From IMG/VR virus record IMGVR_UViG_3300027769_001114, positions 32,001 through 96,000 of that record: a stretch of 64,000 nt of DNA; one strand, 5' to 3'. The stretch comes from a virus. How positions within the stretch are numbered: the first letter of the stretch is position 1; each line of letters opens with the position of its first letter. The translations under genes were made by a program, and so were the position numbers. This document shows, piece after piece, positions 58,905 to 64,000 of the stretch. The notes under the pieces are model-generated. The model saw only the letters and a program-made list of their open reading frames with translations, searched no databases and had not been told where the DNA came from.

Positions 58905-59371
58905 TTAGGCACTTCTCCAAATGGTTCGGGGTCGACGACTTCAAGGATTATCTCGTCGCGTTCAATACACAGTTCCTCAAAGGCGGCCTTGAACGACTTC
59001 TCGTCCGGGCGTGACCTTCCGTCCATGCCGGCTCGGCGCATCGCTGACGCAGCTTCAACAGACAGCTCATTCCATTCCGTCCCGGTCTCGACGGCCCGCA
59101 AGCGTTCCTGGACCGATGCCCAGGCTTCGGCCGGCGTCTCAAACTTCTCGCCTTTAAGAACAACAGCCCGGCGAAGTTCACCGACCCGTGGTGGCCAGCC
59201 GCCCCGGACGACGTGGGAGTCAAGCTCCTTGACGACATCGGCATAATCGAGATCCTGGAGGTAACGCCACCAGGTCCGCATCGCGGCGGCCTCCTGACGA
59301 TCCGAAGAGTCACGGGCTGGCCAAGCGGCGCGGTAGATGTCAACAAGCCTGACTAGCTCGGTGCGATTCAC
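58901..59371 (-). CDS. Putative helicase loader-associated protein (G39P N-terminal-like)
   Basis: AAWP...W..YL.DLDY...WPP.VGEL...A.EAW. Confidence 0.6.
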   Translation of the reverse strand: MNRTELVRLVDIYRAAWPARDSSDRQEAAAMRTWWRYLQDLDYADVVKELDSHVVRGGWPPRVGELRRAVVLKGEKFETPAEAWASVQERLRAVETGTEWNELSVEAASAMRRAGMDGRSRPDEKSFKAAFEELCIERDEIILEVVDPEPFGEVPK

Positions 59372-59727
59372 CAGGCATCGCCTTCGCGGGCCGCACTCGT
59401 TGCTTGACCGTCGGATTCAAGATGCTCGTGCCACGCGGTGGCGAACTGTTCAATGTGCCGGCTATCCCGAAGGATCAGCTCGATGTCCGTGTAGACCTTG
59501 CCCCGTGGGTTCTTCCCTAGGTGGAACTCGGAGACTGAGCAACCGCGCACGGCGTCCTTACACGTCTCGGCACCGTAGTCCCGGACGGCACGCTTGATGA
59601 GCGTGGTGCGTTTGGCATCAAGCCTTGGCTTCACGTGCGAACCAGGCCGTAGGAGTTCTATCCAAAGGTCGAAGACTTCGTTGATCTCCGGGGTCGTGGG
59701 GTTAGTGGGTGTTTCATTTTCAGACAT
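59368..59727 (-). CDS. Replication initiator C-terminal-domain-like protein
   Basis: VFD.W...R...I..A..DYG...S.FH.GKN..G..Y.DIE.ILR; GGAAGG SD before ATG 59727. Confidence 0.6.
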   Translation of the reverse strand: MSENETPTNPTTPEINEVFDLWIELLRPGSHVKPRLDAKRTTLIKRAVRDYGAETCKDAVRGCSVSEFHLGKNPRGKVYTDIELILRDSRHIEQFATAWHEHLESDGQATSAAREGDAW

Positions 59728-59777
59728 AGGTATCCCTTCCGTCGCGGCGAGGGCCAACGGCAGCATAGTTCTTCTCC

Positions 59778-59868
59778 GTAGGAGTTAGATATTTTGTAGA
59801 GATCTCTAAACTCTGTAGGAGTAAGAGATTTTGTACTTGGTAGAAGGTCTTACACCCCCCCTCCCCCC
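59778..59868. repeat. 21-bp direct repeats, 12-bp palindrome and C-run (candidate origin)
   Basis: 59778-59798 vs 59815-59835 (19/21 identical); TAGAGATCTCTA at 59797-59808; C-run 59855-59868. Confidence 0.6.
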
Positions 59869-60018
59869 ATCGTTTCCGGGTGAGTTTCGGGTATTGGTGC
59901 GACTTGAAGCAGGCCCCTGTCTTCGTTGACGGTGCTTAGCCTCGGCATTTCGGCGCGCCTAGGTTGGTACGGGAGAGTGTCTAGCGCCCCTCCCGTACCC
60001 GCGGCAACCCGCCCGTCG

Positions 60019-60468
60019 TTATTTCTTCGAGAAACGGAGACGAGTGTCGGGCCGGCGCAACTGTACGACCTTGTCGCCACGTTGTTTGCGGAGCAGATGT
60101 ACGCGCAAGTTGATTGAACCGTCGGTTCGCTTGAGCTCCTTGGCGATCTTCGTCGCGGTATGCCCCTGCGACCACATCTTCACGATGCTGTCGTCCTCTG
60201 CCTTGGTCCAGGACTGACCGTTGTTGACTCGGCGCACGATCTTCTTCGCCGGCTTGGTGGCCTTTGGTGCGACCTTCGGTGTGGTCTTGCCTCCGAAGAG
60301 CGAGGCGATCTCGGCATCAGTGAAACCGGCCTGAGTCAAGACGACTTCAGCGATCCACGAAAGCGTGAGTCCCTTGTCTTGCCAGATCGGGCCGAGTGAG
60401 TTGTCGCGGATCACTTCGAGGAGTGCTCGTGTATTTGTGCCCTTCCGGGCTTGGCTTGGTTGTTTCAT
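60019..60468 (-). CDS. Myb/GcrA-like HTH protein
   Basis: WTKAED..I...W..G.....IA.EL.RT..SI..R. Confidence 0.75.
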   Translation of the reverse strand: MKQPSQARKGTNTRALLEVIRDNSLGPIWQDKGLTLSWIAEVVLTQAGFTDAEIASLFGGKTTPKVAPKATKPAKKIVRRVNNGQSWTKAEDDSIVKMWSQGHTATKIAKELKRTDGSINLRVHLLRKQRGDKVVQLRRPDTRLRFSKK

Positions 60469-60520
60469 AGCTGACCTCCTTGGTCATTATGTGTGTCGTG
60501 TCGTGTGACGCGATGTGTTG

Positions 60521-60550
60521 AGTGTAATGCGTGATCCATGTGCTTGTCAA
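60521..60550 (-). promoter_or_regulatory. Sigma70/SigA-type promoter
   Basis: TTGACA-N18-TACACT upstream of 60468. Confidence 0.65.
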
Positions 60551-60729
60551 GCGTTTGGCATGAACCACATTTCTTCTGCCGGCGTGTCCGGCGAGATGAG
60601 GTGGGTGATCCTTCGCTGAACGCGAGGGTGGGCATCTAGCCACGCCCAGGTTTCCTCCAGCGTTGCGAACGGCCCGAAGTAGACGACGTCCGTCATTCGG
60701 CCATGGATGACCATGTACGCACCGATCAA
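60547..60729 (-). CDS. Small hypothetical protein
   Basis: Coupled ORF; FGPFAT.EE..AW. Confidence 0.6.
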   Translation of the reverse strand: MIGAYMVIHGRMTDVVYFGPFATLEETWAWLDAHPRVQRRITHLISPDTPAEEMWFMPNA

Positions 60730-61001
60730 GGCAATGCCTCAGCGAGCGCATCGGCCGCCCTGAGGGCGAACGATGACAGATATTTGTACGGTGCGGTACG
60801 CAACCACGAGAGGCACTCCTCAGCAGATGTGAAGACCTCGGTCTTCGAGTCCACCATGCTCCATTGGTAGAACCACTCGTACGAGATGACCCAACGGTCC
60901 GACGATGTCGTGTGCATGTCGGCACGGAAACGTCCCTCGCCCGAATGTTCTTCGGTAAGGAATCGCACATTCTTGACAATCGAGACTTCAAGGGTGCTCA
61001 T
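60726..61001 (-). CDS. Hypothetical protein
   Basis: ATGA-coupled. Confidence 0.6.
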   Translation of the reverse strand: MSTLEVSIVKNVRFLTEEHSGEGRFRADMHTTSSDRWVISYEWFYQWSMVDSKTEVFTSAEECLSWLRTAPYKYLSSFALRAADALAEALP

Positions 61002-61561
61002 GCTGCCACCCAGCTTTGATCCCATACGGGCATCGGTGCGTAGCCGTTCTCGGTGACGGCGATGACGACGCGATCGCAGAGTTTCATGTCGGCCCGACGC
61101 ACGACGTTGATCGCCTGCGTGCTCCGAATGGACTTGAGAACAGCCTCCATGATTTCAGAGTCGCTCATGTTCTCCATGGCGCGCCCGTAGTCAACGCATG
61201 TGTAGATCGCACCACCGACACCGATGTTCTGTTGCCAGATGTTGTATGAGGTACCGGGGAATCGTTGGACATCCCAGTTCACATAGTCAACCCACTCAGA
61301 GTTGTTGATGTAGGTGCAGATGTTCTCGTCTGCGGCGAACTCCCAATCGCCGTGGCAGGTCGAGCAGACCTCGCGCACGTCCTGGTTGTACTTGGTTCCG
61401 AAACCGTGGCAAGGACGGCAAGTCCTGCGACCGCCTCGTGGGCCATTCCCGGTACCGAGGCACTTGGGGCAGTCCACCTTGGTGGGGACACTACCTTCGC
61501 GGCAGTTTCGGCAACTTGTCTTGCCTAGTGTGAGTGTTCTTGTTTCGTGGTTGATCTTCAT
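60998..61561 (-). CDS. DnaJ-type zinc finger (CxxCxGxG) protein
   Basis: CRNC, CPKCLGTG, CRPCHGFG, CSTCHG. Confidence 0.7.
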   Translation of the reverse strand: MKINHETRTLTLGKTSCRNCREGSVPTKVDCPKCLGTGNGPRGGRRTCRPCHGFGTKYNQDVREVCSTCHGDWEFAADENICTYINNSEWVDYVNWDVQRFPGTSYNIWQQNIGVGGAIYTCVDYGRAMENMSDSEIMEAVLKSIRSTQAINVVRRADMKLCDRVVIAVTENGYAPMPVWDQSWVAA

Positions 61562-61565
61562 AGTC

Positions 61566-61630
61566 GGCCTCCTTGGGGCTTGTATTTCCTTGACAAAAAT
61601 AACTGTACTACATGGGTGTGACGGAGTCAA
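61566..61630 (-). promoter_or_regulatory. Class A promoter + start-associated motif
   Basis: TTGACT-N17-TACAGT...TGTCAA...AAGCCCCAAGGAGGCC. Confidence 0.75.
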
Positions 61631-61647
61631 GTCTTACCTTGACCCCG

Positions 61648-61932
61648 TCATCCGTTTGTTGATTCCTCAATAGGGATCCATGGGCTTGAGGTCAGTTCGT
61701 CCATGGCATCCCAAACGAAAGACCAAATACTTTCCATTGACAGGCCGTCGATTTCGCCGCCCTTACCGCAGTAACCATCCTCTGTGATGAGTCCTTCAGG
61801 TATGTCAACCGAGATTGAGCCGAGGTACTCGCCTCGTTCTCGCCAGCGGTCAATCTCAATCGTGAGTCCGTTTTCTTTGGCGAACTTCTCGCACCGTTGT
61901 TTGTTAGGTTTCTGCTTTAGGTTTGTTTCCAT
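61648..61932 (-). CDS. Hypothetical protein
   Basis: Preceded by the start-associated motif. Confidence 0.75.
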   Translation of the reverse strand: METNLKQKPNKQRCEKFAKENGLTIEIDRWRERGEYLGSISVDIPEGLITEDGYCGKGGEIDGLSMESIWSFVWDAMDELTSSPWIPIEESTNG

Positions 61933-61935
61933 GAC

Positions 61936-62010
61936 GGCCTCCTTGGGGCTTGCTGTTATTTATAGAACGATCAGGTGTGCGCAATGTGTGCGCGACTTCC
62001 CGGACTTATT
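61936..62010 (-). promoter_or_regulatory. Class B upstream element + start-associated motif
   Basis: GGAA..GCGCACAC-N13-GATCGTT...AACAGCAAGCCCCAAGGAGGCC. Confidence 0.65.
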
Positions 62011-62012
62011 TG

Positions 62013-62348
62013 TCAAGCTTCGCAGTCGTGGCCATAGAGCCACTCGGCATGGTCGTCGTCGTTACCGAGGTTGAACTCACGTTCACACTCGACGCACTTC
62101 TTGACCAGAACGCTCCCACGACCAGAACAGACATCGCACTCGGTCGCTTGGGCCGGCCCGTCATAGACTCCACCACGCCCATCACAAGCACGACATGACT
62201 GCGTGTTGGTCTTCCGGATGTTCCATCCTTCGTGTGTGGTGGCATGGTGAGCACTGTGAGGCTGAAGGCGGTGGAGTGCCGCGAAAGCTTCCGAGTCAGT
62301 CTCGTGGGTGCTGACGGTCTTGCCGTCTCTGCTCACGACCCAACTCAT
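62013..62348 (-). CDS. Zinc-finger protein (CxxCxGxG)
   Basis: CRACDGRG, CDVCSGRG, CVEC. Confidence 0.65.
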   Translation of the reverse strand: MSWVVSRDGKTVSTHETDSEAFAALHRLQPHSAHHATTHEGWNIRKTNTQSCRACDGRGGVYDGPAQATECDVCSGRGSVLVKKCVECEREFNLGNDDDHAEWLYGHDCEA

Positions 62349-62734
62349 GCTGACACCTTGGCCTCTGCCGAGAAACAGATCTCGGCGAGTTGGAAGCAGT
62401 AGATGTTTGAGATCTCGTTCACCACGACGACCTGACCCTTGTCCTTGCCGTTGGTGACGAGGCGAAGGGTGCGGACACTGTAGGTGTCGTCAAAGTCAAG
62501 GATGACCTCGATGGCACGGGTGGGTGTAGTGAACATCATTAGACCGACGATGTAAGTACCGACGACGTCCGGATCCGGTTCGCCCATGATGGCGGACATT
62601 TGGCCACCACATAGAGCGAGGGTGTTCATCAGGCCGATCTGCTCGGCGATGACTCGTGCGGAACATTCGCGGCCCTTGCGGTCAAAGCCTCGAGCTAGAA
62701 GTATTTTTGCTTGGTTGTTGGTGAGTTTTCTCAT
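62345..62734 (-). CDS. Hypothetical protein
   Basis: I..QIG...LDFDDTYSV...IY..QL; start motif upstream. Confidence 0.75.
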   Translation of the reverse strand: MRKLTNNQAKILLARGFDRKGRECSARVIAEQIGLMNTLALCGGQMSAIMGEPDPDVVGTYIVGLMMFTTPTRAIEVILDFDDTYSVRTLRLVTNGKDKGQVVVVNEISNIYCFQLAEICFSAEAKVSA

Positions 62735-62738
62735 GGTT

Positions 62739-62798
62739 GCCTCCTTGGGGCTATTTCGTTGACAGATTCATCATGACACATCGGTGTGACAGAGTCAA
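62739..62798 (-). promoter_or_regulatory. Class A promoter + start-associated motif
   Basis: TTGACT-N17-CATGAT...TGTCAA...AGCCCCAAGGAGGC. Confidence 0.7.
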
Positions 62799-62799
62799 G

Positions 62800-63114
62800 T
62801 CAGAAGGTAAGAAACTTGTCGGCGATTCCGAACATGACTTCTGCCGTCTTGGCGAACAGGGTCTCGTTGGCTTCGTGGAACTTTGTCCACGCCTTGCCGG
62901 CGGAGTGGTTGCTGAGGTCGTGCTTAGTGATCGTGAGCCAACCGTCGGTAACGCTCCATGCCGACACAACCACATCGGACTGATAGTCGTAGTGGTTCTT
63001 GGTGATGGTGACCTTGACCCGTTGGCCATTCTTGCGTGCGCGGATCTCGGTGTAGATCGCATCGTTGGGCTTGTAGGCGGTGTTGCTGTCGATGAGTTCG
63101 TAGTTTGTGTTCAT
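62800..63114 (-). CDS. Hypothetical protein
   Basis: Start motif upstream. Confidence 0.75.
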   Translation of the reverse strand: MNTNYELIDSNTAYKPNDAIYTEIRARKNGQRVKVTITKNHYDYQSDVVVSAWSVTDGWLTITKHDLSNHSAGKAWTKFHEANETLFAKTAEVMFGIADKFLTF

Positions 63115-63118
63115 AGTT

Positions 63119-63194
63119 GGCCTCCTTGGGGCTTGCTGTTGTGTCTATAACGATCGGGCCGCACGAAAGTGTGCGCCGTATTCCGTGGATTATT
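63119..63194 (-). promoter_or_regulatory. Class B upstream element + start-associated motif
   Basis: GGAA..GCGCACAC-N13-GATCGTT...AACAGCAAGCCCCAAGGAGGCC. Confidence 0.65.
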
Positions 63195-63202
63195 CGGATC
63201 GG

Positions 63203-63757
63203 TCAGCAGACCTCGTCCTTGTCGTTCAACCGATCAGCGATCTCGTCGTAGAACATCTCCATGGTGGCTTCGTCCTTGTCGTCCAACCGACTAGCGATCT
63301 CGTCGTCGATCTCCTTCCATCGGGCGGTGAGTTTTTCTAAGGAGTTGGCGAAGAACTCATCGCACTCGTCACCCCAGTCATCGTCGTCATCTTCGTCATC
63401 GTCGTCGTCATCGCTCTCGTTCGCCCATTGGCTGATGAGGCTGACATAGCCGTCGTTCGGGTTATTAACGTTGGTGAACACGGCGTTCACGAACCGGAGT
63501 CCGCAGGACTCGTCGTACCACTCTCGGACGACGGTGGCGAGGTCTTCTGCGTTCGCCTCAACGGTGCGGTCGTCGCAGTGGACTCCGTTGTAGTTGGCAC
63601 GAAACCATTCGGCCTGCTCCTGATCCATCGCAAGATAGATCTTGTGACAGCCATCGAAGGCGGCGAGTAGAGCGTCGTCGGCGTACTCGGCGACAGCGTC
63701 CCAGCCCTCGCCTAGATCGTCTGCGTTGTGTGGTTGGTATTGGTTTTGTGTTTTCAT
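63203..63757 (-). CDS. Acidic hypothetical protein
   Basis: FDGCHKIYLAMD...ESCGLRFV; poly-Asp tract; start motif upstream. Confidence 0.75.
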   Translation of the reverse strand: MKTQNQYQPHNADDLGEGWDAVAEYADDALLAAFDGCHKIYLAMDQEQAEWFRANYNGVHCDDRTVEANAEDLATVVREWYDESCGLRFVNAVFTNVNNPNDGYVSLISQWANESDDDDDDEDDDDDWGDECDEFFANSLEKLTARWKEIDDEIASRLDDKDEATMEMFYDEIADRLNDKDEVC

Positions 63758-63760
63758 ATT

Positions 63761-63822
63761 GGCCTCCTTGGGGCTTGTTTCTTTGACAGTTGTATCTTGA
63801 CAGGGGGGTGTGGCAGAGTTAG
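63761..63822 (-). promoter_or_regulatory. Class A promoter (degenerate) + start-associated motif
   Basis: CTAACT-N17-CAAGAT...TGTCAA...AAGCCCCAAGGAGGCC. Confidence 0.6.
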
Positions 63823-64000
63823 CTGGTGAAGGTGTACAGGCCGTTGACGACCCTGTCCTCTACGTACTCAACAAACTCGCCTGAGATATCTCCCCATGAG
63901 GCGGCCTCTCGTATCCCCTCAATGATGGAGATCACATCCACCGAAATGATGAGCTTGCCATCTTCGCCGATCTCGACCGAGACTGCGCATCCGGCGTTTG
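63819..64000 (-). CDS. Hypothetical protein, 3' end only
   Basis: Open frame to the window edge ending ...VEDRVVNGLYTFTS*. Confidence 0.55.
   Translation of the reverse strand, partial: NAGCAVSVEIGEDGKLIISVDVISIIEGIREAASWGDISGEFVEYVEDRVVNGLYTFTS

Larger units (their letters stand above)
1..64000. mobile_element. Segment of a contractile-tailed phage genome, probable actinobacterial host
   Basis: Contiguous sheath/tube/tape measure/baseplate/fibre/lysis/replication genes; WhiB and DUF732-like genes; no bacterial housekeeping genes. Confidence 0.95.

Noticed and set aside
61966-62000. SigH/SigR-type GGAA-N17-19-GTT promoter
   Set aside because: GGAA-to-GTT spacing is about 28 nt, too long; recorded instead as an unassigned class B element.
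61566-63776. Repeated 14-mers as a CRISPR array or attC-like sites
   Set aside because: They are too short, separated by whole genes and always positioned as ribosome-binding sites; no integrase is seen.
1-64000. tRNA/rRNA genes, introns/inteins, stop-codon reassignment, integrase
   Set aside because: No cloverleaf-like or intein motifs were noticed and standard-code ORFs tile the window almost completely; tRNAscan/Infernal were not run, so small RNAs cannot be excluded.

Overview
The window is a continuous, gene-dense segment of a tailed-phage genome. Sheath, tube and baseplate genes indicate a contractile tail (myovirus type). WhiB, DUF732-like lipoproteins and M15/PG-binding lysins point to an actinobacterial host. 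No capsid, portal, large terminase, integrase, tRNA or CRISPR array is recognisable in the window. Layout: (1) 1-7.7 kb, recombination genes (Rad52/Sak-like, Cas4/RecB-like, HNH, RuvC) and a ParB + PAPS-reductase-like + ParB module; (2) 8.2-36.4 kb, neck, sheath, tube, a chaperone with an unannotated -1 frameshift extension, tape measure, baseplate, several fibres including a 1320-aa collagen-like one, and a GT2 glycosyltransferase; (3) 36.4-44.6 kb, an inverted, tightly coupled 12-gene operon joining Gly-rich/His-rich fibre-like proteins to a flavin-dependent halogenase, two Fe(II)/2OG hydroxylases and a methyltransferase-like fold; (4) 45-50 kb, a large surface protein and lysis genes; (5) 50-60 kb, regulators, HslV-like protease, WhiB, a primase-helicase module and a candidate origin; (6) 60-64 kb, small early-type genes whose transcript starts share an identical 14-nt start-associated motif and two alternating upstream promoter-like architectures. 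The best candidate for an undescribed system is the operon in (3), a putative virion-fibre post-translational tailoring or metal-loading system. All family calls come from motif recognition by eye; no searches were run.
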